This document shows, in pieces, positions 30,205 to 39,304 of a stretch of DNA of 58,144 nucleotides; position 1 is the first letter of the stretch, and every line of letters begins with the position of its first letter. The DNA lies in assembly GCA_037142195.1 (NCBI GenBank), contig JBAXBA010000012.1, positions 1-58,144 on the forward strand. Direction: 5' to 3'. The stretch comes from Pseudomonadota bacterium (GTDB lineage: Bacteria; Bdellovibrionota_B; Oligoflexia; Oligoflexales; CAIMVM01). The notes under the pieces were generated by a model that worked only from the letters and a program-made list of their open reading frames with translations, ran no database searches and was not told the DNA's origin. The position numbers and the translations under genes are program-made.

Positions 30205-31257
30205 CTACCTTATCGGAATGAACACGGAAATGAGATTTCCCGTTCTTATCCCGCATTTATCTGATTTGGGGGGACCATTGATGGCGCTATACATGGTCCC
30301 TTGTTCATCGCCTTTAATCATGATGTCACCATAGCCGGGGCCAGCACAAACTCCCGGAGGACTTTGTAATCCACAACGTCCCGTCACGAGAACGGAGCCC
30401 ACTGGCAATTTATCCACGATGTTGGGATCTCTTGTTTCAATTTTCCTGAGGCGAAATTCACTTTCATTAATTCTTGGATTCCACCCATCAGAAAATGACC
30501 TGGCGCAGGAACCTCTATTCAGAGGCTGCCAATTGGGTATGCGACCAAGAGCAGATTCTAAAACATCGGCCACAAACATATAGCAACTGGACCTCGAATA
30601 TCTTGCTTTTGACTGATTTCGAGCAACATTTGCAATCCGACTCCCCCAATCCCGATCATACCCTTCAAATAAAGCATCAATCGGAGGTTCAGCGGAACTA
30701 AGACCATCAAAATGCTCCGAATACAAGTAGCTTGTCTTCCCCAAAAGTGCGCATTCTGCTGCGTTTACCTCATCAGGCGTTGGGTTAGAGTCAGGCGCAC
30801 CAGAGCTCAAGTGAAAAGGATCCCCCTGTATTACAGTAATATAGGGTTCAGTTATTCTTACAGGGTTTGTGGAATTCGATTTAGAGGCAGGAACAATATT
30901 GGGTTCACCACTTTGAATGGTTGCTTGTGAGCCACTACTTGAGCCGGAGGGGAGGTTTGCTTGTGAACTACTACTTGAGCCGGATTGAATAGCCGAAAGA
31001 AGTACTTGAACGTGGGAGCCATCTGCAAATTTTGTATATCCCTGAATCAAAATTTTGGTGCCTTTAGAAATTTTGCAGCTCTTGCCCGCTTTAGGCCCCG
31101 AATCGCTTGCGGGATTTTCTTTGATGACAGTATCCTGCCTACTCACTAAGGTGAATATTTTAGGTACTGAATCATCAGCAATCCTTAGTTCATTCCATTC
31201 GCTTGATTTGCAAGAGACAAATCCATATAGCAATACTAAAATCAAACTCATTTTCAT
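30205..31257 (-). CDS. Lipoprotein with C-terminal CHAP/NlpC-P60-like domain
   Basis: Lipobox-like FVSC; Ser/Gly linker; SSCYMFVADVL...LPVGSVLV...YGDIMI pattern. Confidence 0.5.
   Translation of the reverse strand: MKMSLILVLLYGFVSCKSSEWNELRIADDSVPKIFTLVSRQDTVIKENPASDSGPKAGKSCKISKGTKILIQGYTKFADGSHVQVLLSAIQSGSSSSSQANLPSGSSSGSQATIQSGEPNIVPASKSNSTNPVRITEPYITVIQGDPFHLSSGAPDSNPTPDEVNAAECALLGKTSYLYSEHFDGLSSAEPPIDALFEGYDRDWGSRIANVARNQSKARYSRSSCYMFVADVLESALGRIPNWQPLNRGSCARSFSDGWNPRINESEFRLRKIETRDPNIVDKLPVGSVLVTGRCGLQSPPGVCAGPGYGDIMIKGDEQGTMYSAINGPPKSDKCGIRTGNLISVFIPIR
30921..30984. repeat. In-frame internal duplication (36-bp period) in lipoprotein linker
   Basis: TTGCTTGTGA-nnn-ACTACTTGAGCCGGA at 30921 and 30957, encoding SGSSS(S/G)SQA twice. 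Confidence 0.8.
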
Positions 31258-31290
31258 AAGTTACCCTTCCCATTCAACGACTCTCACTGC

Positions 31291-31317
31291 GTATCGGCAA
31301 GCATCCGACGCACTTTA
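31291..31317 (-). promoter_or_regulatory. Putative sigma28 (FliA)-type promoter
   Basis: TAAA-gtgcgtcggatgctt(15)-GCCGATAC, near-perfect consensus. Confidence 0.7.
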
Positions 31318-31484
31318 TCAATGAGATAAAAAAAACACAAAAGACCTATAAGTACTTAAAAAAACAGTTTTTTTGAACCCTAAGTTACGGTTCTTCGTCA
31401 AATGGGTTCCATTTTCTTAAGACTCGGAGTCGTTCCGTTCCACATTTTAAATCGTAGATTTATTCAAGAATCTCAGAACATCAT

Positions 31485-31514
31485 CAAAAATAATCCCACC
31501 ATGGAAATGGTGGG
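31485..31514 (-). terminator. Hairpin terminator downstream of the VWA gene
   Basis: CCCACCAT-4nt-ATGGTGGG with T-rich tails on both strands. Confidence 0.55.
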
Positions 31515-31663
31515 CTCTATTTTTTAGAAAATCCAAAGACCTAAATAATCAAGACTCGCTGATTGTCGGAGGAAAAATTCTCGCTAGTGAATCCAAGCTT
31601 CAAACTGCCATTCGAAATGGCTAAATAAGACAATCTACAGGAAACCTTTTTAAGAAGCAAAAT

Positions 31664-32536
31664 TTAGCTTCCACCCAGAAATGCTAGAAATGCTTGTTTA
31701 AGAGCTTCAGCATTAGTTACACTTTTGACGCGGTCTGCACTACCAGCTACATACTTTACAAATTCCAGGGGATCGATGATAGGAGTTCTCCCGAGAATTA
31801 TTGTATTTACACTGTTGGCACTAGGGTTTTCGGTTCCCAGCAAAACGCTAAAAATCCGTGAATTCACTTTGGCCTTTAAGGCATCAGCACTCGATAGAAT
31901 TTGTTGGGAAGTTCCCACTGTCGGAACTCCGTCGGTAAAGAACAGAACACTGGTCACCTTCTTTTTTTCTATTTTTTGCAACTCGTCCATCTTCTTCACA
32001 GTAAGATCAAAAGCAGCAGCTGGATTGGTGTTAGAATCATTACGACATATATCTGAACGATACTTATCACGGAATTCCTCGTCCGTTAGCCCGATAAAAT
32101 TATTGGAAGTTGATTTAAAATCAGCTGAATCTGAAAACGTAACAAGACTGACTCTGGCATCACCTGTGTCCCCAAGTACCTGCTTTAAAGAATTTTTAAA
32201 AGACTTGATGGCTTCAAATCTGAGGCAATCGGGATCTGAATTTCTTAAAGAACCTGAAACGTCGACAATTAAGTAGGCGTCTAGACTTTGCCCTTTTTTT
32301 GCAAAGGCACTAGGATCGATAGGCGCATTAGCGTCCTTGCCTAGGGCATCATTACCTCCGCCGCTGCCACCAATCGCGCTGTCACCGCCCGAGCTGCCAC
32401 CAATCGAGCCGTCAGAGGAATTGGGACCCTTATCTTTGCCAGATCCTTTTACTGCGTTACTGGCGTTGAAATTAGATTTTCCACTACAAGCAAGGACATA
32501 GAAGCTGCACAAAAAAGCAAAAATAATTTGTTTCAT
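31664..32536 (-). CDS. VWA domain lipoprotein
   Basis: Lipobox VLAC; Gly-rich linker; intact MIDAS DVSGS...T...FFTDG; GAGG RBS before ATG 32536. Confidence 0.88.
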   Translation of the reverse strand: MKQIIFAFLCSFYVLACSGKSNFNASNAVKGSGKDKGPNSSDGSIGGSSGGDSAIGGSGGGNDALGKDANAPIDPSAFAKKGQSLDAYLIVDVSGSLRNSDPDCLRFEAIKSFKNSLKQVLGDTGDARVSLVTFSDSADFKSTSNNFIGLTDEEFRDKYRSDICRNDSNTNPAAAFDLTVKKMDELQKIEKKKVTSVLFFTDGVPTVGTSQQILSSADALKAKVNSRIFSVLLGTENPSANSVNTIILGRTPIIDPLEFVKYVAGSADRVKSVTNAEALKQAFLAFLGGS

Positions 32537-32809
32537 AAACACCTCTAAAAGTTTTATCGGCTTGCATAGGGCACAAACGCACTTTTTTTTAATTCCGTCA
32601 AAAATCTAATCATATTAGTCACAAAGATCGGATAGAAAGAGAATAATGATCTCAACCTCGCTGTTGAGAAGATGGACCAGCCTCTCAGCTGAAAGACTAA
32701 TGACGAGTCATTCCCAGAGTGTACGTTAGATACAATACGGAACATGCTGATTTAGCTAGATAATTTGATTGAGGCACTTTTAAAGCACTCTCACTGGCTT
32801 ATACAACTA

Positions 32810-33775
32810 CTATCTTAGATGACAAGCAACTTGCCGCCCAGGAACAATTTCTCTGAGGTGAGGGGTTTCTTTGCGGCAGCGATCTTCAGCTATGGGACAT
32901 CTCGCAGCAAACCTACATCCTGGCTTGGGATTTACGGGACTTGTGATTTCTCCCACTAAAAGCTTGTGGGTTCGCTTTCTTTCTTTTTCGGGATCAGGGT
33001 ATGGATTTGAGGCGATGAGAGCCTCTGAGTAAGGGTGAAGAGGGGCCTCAAACACATCCTTAGACGAACCTAGCTCGACCAGTTGACCCAGATACATTAC
33101 AGCCATGCGATCGGAAATATGTCTTACCATATGCAGGCCATGGGCAATAAAAAGATAGGTCAGCTTAAACTCATTTTGCAAATCTTCTAAAAGATTTACA
33201 ACTTGGGCCTGGATAGAAACATCTAATGCGGAAATGGGTTCATCACAAACGATAAACTTAGGTTCAATAGCTAAAGCTCTGGCGATTCCAATACGCTGCT
33301 TCTGGCCCCCTGAAAACTCATGGGGAAAGCGGCTGGCATGTTCTGACCTTAGACCTACCCGCTTAAGCCAAAAATGAATCCGTTCGGTACGCTCCGAGGC
33401 TTTCCACAAACCGTGGATATCTGGACCTTCTGCCACAATATCACCAACCGTCATCCGAGGATTGAGTGAGGCGAAGGGATCTTGGAATACCATTTGAACA
33501 TCTCGGGCGAATTTTTTTCGCTGAGCCTGATTGAGTTTCTCTGGAACCTTTTGACCATTGATATAAAGATCACCTGAAGTTTGCTCATACATGCGAACCA
33601 ACAAACGACCGAGCGTCGACTTTCCACACCCTGACTCACCGACGAGCCCAAGAGTCTCGCCGTTTGCAATGCTTAACGTGACTTCGTCGACCGCATGAAG
33701 AAACTTATTATCGCCCAAATTAAAGTGCTTTGAGAGATTTTTGATCTCCACGAAATTTTCACTTGTCTGAATCAT
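32810..33775 (-). CDS. oppF: Oligopeptide ABC transporter ATP-binding protein
   Basis: GESGCGKS, FSGGQKQR, CDEP, C-terminal GCRFAARCP...VACH. Confidence 0.93.
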   Translation of the reverse strand: MIQTSENFVEIKNLSKHFNLGDNKFLHAVDEVTLSIANGETLGLVGESGCGKSTLGRLLVRMYEQTSGDLYINGQKVPEKLNQAQRKKFARDVQMVFQDPFASLNPRMTVGDIVAEGPDIHGLWKASERTERIHFWLKRVGLRSEHASRFPHEFSGGQKQRIGIARALAIEPKFIVCDEPISALDVSIQAQVVNLLEDLQNEFKLTYLFIAHGLHMVRHISDRMAVMYLGQLVELGSSKDVFEAPLHPYSEALIASNPYPDPEKERKRTHKLLVGEITSPVNPKPGCRFAARCPIAEDRCRKETPHLREIVPGRQVACHLR

Positions 33776-34809
33776 GCCTCAACTCCCTGCTCTACTTTTA
33801 CTTCCGCAACCCCTGCACCTTTACGGTGGGCTTTCGCCATTCCATGATGCAGCCAGCAAGAGACGCTGCCATTTAGAATCTTAAATTCAGGTGGTTGGTG
33901 GCTATGGCAAACTGCTAAAGCACTTGGGCAGCGGGCTGAAAAAGCACAGCCTGGTGGTGGTGAAAAAAGATCCGGTGGTGTTCCAGGAATGGACTCTAGT
34001 CTTCCTGCATGCTCGACCTTAGGCATGGCTCCTTTAAGACCCAGCGTATAGGGATGTGCTGAGCGATAGAAAATATCATCGACCGTCCCCTCTTCGACGA
34101 TTTTGCCAGCATACATCACAGCAACGCGATCCGCCATCTGGGCCACGACACCCAAATCGTGAGTGATAAGAACGATGGCCATTTTAAACTTTATAGCCAA
34201 TTCTTTTATGAGTGACAGAATCTGTGCCTGAATCGTCACATCCAAAGCAGTCGTCGGTTCGTCTGCAATCAACACTTTAGGATTACAAGCTAGCGCCATA
34301 GCAATCATGACCCTTTGACGCATCCCCCCAGAAAGTTCATGGGGATATTGATCGATACGTCGGCCTGGTTCCGGAATTCTCACGAGCTCAAGTAGCTCGA
34401 GGACACGAGCTCTTCTCGCATCGCTCGACAGATCCGTGTGAATCACGAGAGTTTCTGCAATTTGATTGCCAATAGTCATGGTAGGATTGAGGCTCGTCAA
34501 GGGATCCTGAAAAATCATGGCAATATCACGGCCGAGTACTTTTCTTTTTTCAGAGGTCGACAGCTTCAATATATCGGTACCTAAAACATAGGCTTCTCCA
34601 CCGAGAAGTTTAGCGGGAGGCATGGGAAGAAGTCCCATAAGTGCTTGCACCGTTACTGACTTGCCTGAGCCTGACTCCCCCACTATGGAAAGGCATTCCC
34701 CTTCATGCACCTTAAAAGATACATTTCGAACGGCGTAAACATTTCCCGCATGGACTGAAAAGGAAACTTCCATATTACGAATATCAAGAACTACATTTTT
34801 CTGATTCAT
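33772..34809 (-). CDS. oppD: Oligopeptide ABC transporter ATP-binding protein
   Basis: GESGSGKS, LSGGMRQR, ADEPTTALDVT, GCAFSARCP. Confidence 0.94.
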   Translation of the reverse strand: MNQKNVVLDIRNMEVSFSVHAGNVYAVRNVSFKVHEGECLSIVGESGSGKSVTVQALMGLLPMPPAKLLGGEAYVLGTDILKLSTSEKRKVLGRDIAMIFQDPLTSLNPTMTIGNQIAETLVIHTDLSSDARRARVLELLELVRIPEPGRRIDQYPHELSGGMRQRVMIAMALACNPKVLIADEPTTALDVTIQAQILSLIKELAIKFKMAIVLITHDLGVVAQMADRVAVMYAGKIVEEGTVDDIFYRSAHPYTLGLKGAMPKVEHAGRLESIPGTPPDLFSPPPGCAFSARCPSALAVCHSHQPPEFKILNGSVSCWLHHGMAKAHRKGAGVAEVKVEQGVEA

Positions 34810-34812
34810 GAC

Positions 34813-36303
34813 CTACCCCCTGCCACGAAGTTTAGGATCCAGGGTATCGGTTAAAGCATCTCCCAAGAGAAAAAATGCCAAAAGAGACGAGGCCATGACC
34901 ATAGCTGGCAATAAAAACTGCATAGGATGTGTTTGAAACTGTTGGGCGGACTCATTCAAGACCATTCCCCAAGAAGCCGCAGGGGCTTCTAAGCCTAGCC
35001 CAAGAAGTGACAAAAAGGCTTCAGAAACAATCACGCCTGGTAGCTGGCTAGACCAAACCACCAAAATCAATCCAATCAAATTAGGAGCAATTTGCTTAAA
35101 TATAAGTCGCGGCATGGAGGCTCCGAGAAGCCGACTTGCATGAACAAACTCAATTTCTCTAAGACGCAAGACTTCTCCACGAATCACACGGGCAAAGCCG
35201 GTCCACCCAAAAGCACAAAGAGCTACAATGAGACTCACCATGCCTTTGCCCATGACGAGCTGTAAAATAATCATCAATAGCAAATAGGGAAGTGTGTCTA
35301 AAATCTCAATGATTCGCATCATCAACATATCCACTCTTCCACCCTTTAATCCAGACACAGCTCCGTAAATCAAACCTAAAAGCAAACAAATTGTGGGAAC
35401 AATCAACGCTAAGGAAAAGTTGACTCGAGTTCCCATGATCATACGGGCAAAAATATCGCGCCCGAGATTATCCGTACCAAACAAGAACGTTCGGCCTTGA
35501 ACCGTACCGCCCACCTGAGCCTTGGGATCAATATGAAGAGCATCGGTAAGGGGAATGGTTTTGGTGATATTTGTCATGACCACCTGACTCGAGGGGCCGT
35601 AAAGGGTTTCATTCGTTTCTGGATTCACCACAAAAGCCACCACAGCATAAGCAAAACTTTGTCCCGGATCTAGGCCGAGGGAGTCTGTATAAGAATATTG
35701 CGCGGGAGAATCCACTTTTGTAACACTGAGACCCTGTTCCGTTGGCTTTTTTTGGAAGTCGGCAAGATCACCTTTGATATGCTCTCCGGCAATTCTAAAG
35801 ATCTCGTAACCACTCACTCCTTCGGTAGGAACCCATTTCAAAGTAATGCCGTCCACGGTGGGCTTGCCTTCAATGGTTAGCTCCGCCGGAGCAGTCAGAG
35901 CATCCGCGGATTTAAGGGGTGCATTCACATTAAGGTCTTCTTTAATCAGAACTTCCGGGGAAGAGGCACCTTCTTCCGCAACTAAGAGGGATTGGCCTAA
36001 AGTGGGAGCCTGATTTTGAAAATCCGTATTTAAGGAATTTTCATAGGACACATCGTCGCCGATATGAGGGAAAAATAAGGGACCAAAAACACCTACACTC
36101 GTAATAAAAAGAAGGAAGTAAGCGCAAACAACGCCCACCTTATTCTTCTTAAATCGAATATAGGCGTCCTGAAAATAAGTAAGATTAGGTCTCACTATTT
36201 TTTCAGCTTCTTCAGGATTCGCTGGCTGTGGCGTAAACATGCTCTCGGTAAGAGCCCATGTGAGAGCTGAAGCACCTGATTTTTGTTTTGCATCTAGGGT
36301 CAT
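34813..36303 (-). CDS. oppC: Oligopeptide ABC transporter permease with inserted FN3 domain
   Basis: OppC N-motif (YFQDAYIRFKKNK), FGTDNLGRD, EAA-like loop EFVHASRLLGA; long extracytoplasmic insertion. Confidence 0.9.
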   Translation of the reverse strand: MTLDAKQKSGASALTWALTESMFTPQPANPEEAEKIVRPNLTYFQDAYIRFKKNKVGVVCAYFLLFITSVGVFGPLFFPHIGDDVSYENSLNTDFQNQAPTLGQSLLVAEEGASSPEVLIKEDLNVNAPLKSADALTAPAELTIEGKPTVDGITLKWVPTEGVSGYEIFRIAGEHIKGDLADFQKKPTEQGLSVTKVDSPAQYSYTDSLGLDPGQSFAYAVVAFVVNPETNETLYGPSSQVVMTNITKTIPLTDALHIDPKAQVGGTVQGRTFLFGTDNLGRDIFARMIMGTRVNFSLALIVPTICLLLGLIYGAVSGLKGGRVDMLMMRIIEILDTLPYLLLMIILQLVMGKGMVSLIVALCAFGWTGFARVIRGEVLRLREIEFVHASRLLGASMPRLIFKQIAPNLIGLILVVWSSQLPGVIVSEAFLSLLGLGLEAPAASWGMVLNESAQQFQTHPMQFLLPAMVMASSLLAFFLLGDALTDTLDPKLRGRG

Positions 36304-36323
36304 AATATCCTCAGGGAAAATCT

Positions 36324-37280
36324 TTAGTGGCTTACACGGATCCTGGGGTCGATAATTCCATATAGGATATCTGTTACGAGAATGACCAAGACGAGGAAGG
36401 AACCCTCAAAAATGGTCACACCCATAATGACGTTATAATCCGAGTTCACAACAGAATTTAAAATCACTCGTCCAAGTCCAGGAATGCCAAAGATATTTTC
36501 GGTAATCAAGGCTCCCATCATGGTCCCTACAAGTAAGGGCCCAAGAATCGTTAAAATAGGGAGAACGGCATTTCTAAGTTCATGAATGATGATCAACCGC
36601 CACGTAGAAACACCTTTGGCTTTTGCGGTTTTTACGTAGTCAGAAAACTGCACATCCACCATCTGACTTCTCGTCATCCGGGTGATGGTGGCAATAACTC
36701 CAAGACTTAAGGAAAACCCAGGAAGTAAAAAGTGTTTCCAAGTCCCCCAACCGACGGAAGGGAGCCAGTTCTCAGCGCTAAAACCAAAATCGGTAACCGG
36801 TAGGACAGCAAAGAAATACTGAAAAAGATAGGAAAATAGAAATCCAGGAAGGGCTAAACCTAAAACACAAAGCAGCATCGCAAAACGGTCTATAGCCGAA
36901 TTTCGGTAGAGAGAAGCTATAACTCCAAGACAGAGCCCCAAAATGGTCCCTATGCTCACAGCAAAAAGACCTAACTGGGCACTAACTGGAAATTGCTCTT
37001 TAATGATCGTATTGACGTCTCGCCCCACTGTACGAAAGCTCGTGCCAAAATCACCGTGCAAAAAAATCTTTTGCATTTGAATGGCATACTGCACGTAGAT
37101 GGGTTTATCCAAACCATACATAGCCTTTAAATTGGCCATAGTGGCTTCAGGAATCTCTTTAGTTTTTGTAAAGGGATCGCCAGGAGCTGCTCGGGTCAGG
37201 AAAAAAGTCAAGCTAGCTAAGACAAAAACCGCAATGATTGCTAAAAGAACTCGTTTTAGGACGTACTTAAAAAATAACAT
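36324..37280 (-). CDS. oppB: Oligopeptide ABC transporter permease
   Basis: APGDPF, YGLDKP, GDFGTS, DYVKTAKAKG, DILYGIIDPRI; ATG 37280 preferred. Confidence 0.93.
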   Translation of the reverse strand: MLFFKYVLKRVLLAIIAVFVLASLTFFLTRAAPGDPFTKTKEIPEATMANLKAMYGLDKPIYVQYAIQMQKIFLHGDFGTSFRTVGRDVNTIIKEQFPVSAQLGLFAVSIGTILGLCLGVIASLYRNSAIDRFAMLLCVLGLALPGFLFSYLFQYFFAVLPVTDFGFSAENWLPSVGWGTWKHFLLPGFSLSLGVIATITRMTRSQMVDVQFSDYVKTAKAKGVSTWRLIIIHELRNAVLPILTILGPLLVGTMMGALITENIFGIPGLGRVILNSVVNSDYNVIMGVTIFEGSFLVLVILVTDILYGIIDPRIRVSH

Positions 37281-37419
37281 TTTACCCTTCCGTACTACTT
37301 GCATGACCTCTTTTAGGAGGCCACTCAAAGAACTGCTCATCTTAGCAGCTCGACTCACATTACAGGTTCCACTAGGACCGCCGGTCTAAGTCCATCTTGA
37401 CCTTCAGACATTTATCTTC

Positions 37420-39072
37420 TCACTTCCAGTAGGCATAGCGAAGATTGGGATCAGCTCCCAGGGGAGGACGTACAAAGCCTTCCAGTCCTTCAGAGTAAAT
37501 ATAGGAACGGCTTCTTTGATACACAGGCACCACACCAGCCTTCTCTTCCACTAAGTATTTCTCTGCTGCGGTTAAAATAGCCGTTCGCTTTACCACATCA
37601 TTTTCTTTTTGGGCGCTGACAATCATTGCGTCAAACTTGGCATCTTTAAAGGGTCCGTGATTATTTTCGTTATTACTCATGAATAGATCCATAAAGGTCA
37701 TGGAATCAAAGTAATCGGGCCCCCACCCTGCCACAACGAGATCAAACTGACCGTCTTGCATGCGCTGAAGTCTTGTCTTAAACGGAACGATGTCAATTTT
37801 AACTTCTGTCTGGAAAGCCTTCTTTAGAAAGCCTTGAAGGTACTCAATCTGAGTTTTTGCAGCAGTACCATCGTCGCCAAGGAGTGTAAAGCTTGGTACT
37901 TTCGTTTGCTTGGTTTCTGCAAGATAAGCTGCAATATATTTTTTAGCGGAAGCCAGGTCATTATCTTTCCAGGCTAGGCCACTTTCTTTACGGAAAGTTG
38001 ATGAGGGTTTGCTGCCTGGTAAAAAATCCGGAACAATTCCAAAGGCAACCTTGGTTCCAGGAATGGCGATGACTTTATTAACAAATTCCGAACGATTCAG
38101 AACAAGCCTTAAAGCCTGGCGCAAATTTTGGTTCGAAAAAAGCTTCTGGGGCCGCTGATTCATTTCAAACCACCAGACAGAGCCGTCTTGGTAGCTGCTG
38201 ATAGCTTTTTTATCTTTTTGAGCGAGCTTAAGACGGTCCCGGTCAAGAGCTCCCATATTCATATCGAGGCCACCCGTAATCTGCTGGCTGTAAATCGCGC
38301 CACCATCTTTTAAGATAACCGGTGCATCTATCGCATTAAGCTTAATAGCTGAGGCATTCCAGTAGGTCGGCGATTTTTCCATACGCATGGAAGATTCATG
38401 AACCCACCTTGTAAGTTTAAAGGGCCCATTACCAATAATACTTTCTACATTAGTGGAAAACTTGTCGCCGAATTTCTTTACGATATCTTCTCTTATAGGA
38501 TAGAAAACGTTAAAGGCCATAAGGGAATTAAAGAAAGTAACAGGACTCTTGAGTTGAACCTGAAAAGTAGAATCGTTTAGTGCCTTGGCTCCTAGCTCAC
38601 TAGGAGCTTTCTTGCCTTTAACAATTTCTTCTGCATTTACAATTTGAGCTGTGATCGCAATAAACGAGTACTCACTGGCAAACTTTGGATCGACGAGGCG
38701 TCGAAATGCAAATTCAAAATCTTTGGCACTAAGGGCTTTACCATCCTGCCATTTCGCATTTTTTCGAATTGTATAAGTATACTGGAGTCCATCTTTACTT
38801 ACTTTAACCGCTTCTGCGGAACCAAGCACATAATTTTTGCCAGTTTTGTCTTGGGTCATCAGACCCTCATAGATGTGACCAAGCCACATACCACTTACAG
38901 CGTCTGCCTGCTTCGTGGGATCCATGCTAGGCGGCTCATCAATTAAATTAAGATAGACTTCTTGGGCTTTTCGTCTCTGCTCTAGAGACAGCCCGGCGGC
39001 ATGGACATCTTTCGCTAGAGCGGAAGTCAATACACTTCCGATTAGGGACATCTTAAATAGTTTTGAAAGCAT
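37420..39072 (-). CDS. oppA: Oligopeptide ABC transporter substrate-binding protein
   Basis: Signal peptide, EPPSMDP, IYEGL, W.DG....A.DF, NGPFKL, GWGPDY.D; AGGAGG RBS. Confidence 0.93.
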   Translation of the reverse strand: MLSKLFKMSLIGSVLTSALAKDVHAAGLSLEQRRKAQEVYLNLIDEPPSMDPTKQADAVSGMWLGHIYEGLMTQDKTGKNYVLGSAEAVKVSKDGLQYTYTIRKNAKWQDGKALSAKDFEFAFRRLVDPKFASEYSFIAITAQIVNAEEIVKGKKAPSELGAKALNDSTFQVQLKSPVTFFNSLMAFNVFYPIREDIVKKFGDKFSTNVESIIGNGPFKLTRWVHESSMRMEKSPTYWNASAIKLNAIDAPVILKDGGAIYSQQITGGLDMNMGALDRDRLKLAQKDKKAISSYQDGSVWWFEMNQRPQKLFSNQNLRQALRLVLNRSEFVNKVIAIPGTKVAFGIVPDFLPGSKPSSTFRKESGLAWKDNDLASAKKYIAAYLAETKQTKVPSFTLLGDDGTAAKTQIEYLQGFLKKAFQTEVKIDIVPFKTRLQRMQDGQFDLVVAGWGPDYFDSMTFMDLFMSNNENNHGPFKDAKFDAMIVSAQKENDVVKRTAILTAAEKYLVEEKAGVVPVYQRSRSYIYSEGLEGFVRPPLGADPNLRYAYWK

Positions 39073-39304
39073 CTAATCCTCCTTTAGGATTTTTTAAAAA
39101 AGGCGGTTCCGTATCCGGCCTATCAGGCCGCATAGAAACATATTTTTGGCTATGAGGCCAGTTTTTTTATCTAAACATTAATAATTGAAAGGTCAGTTGG
39201 TTCGATCCTAGATGCCTCTGGCCGGTTTCCGCTCAAATTGACCTAATAAGGTGAAGATAAGTCAGACGTTTAAACCCGCCGCTGCCAGGGACTTGGCTGT
39301 GCTT

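Noticed and set aside
32363..32414. 30-bp-period repeat in the VWA gene
   Set aside because: Ordinary in-frame Gly/Ser linker duplication
39189..39245. tRNA-like GGTTCGATCC motif
   Set aside because: No convincing T-stem, acceptor stem or cloverleaf
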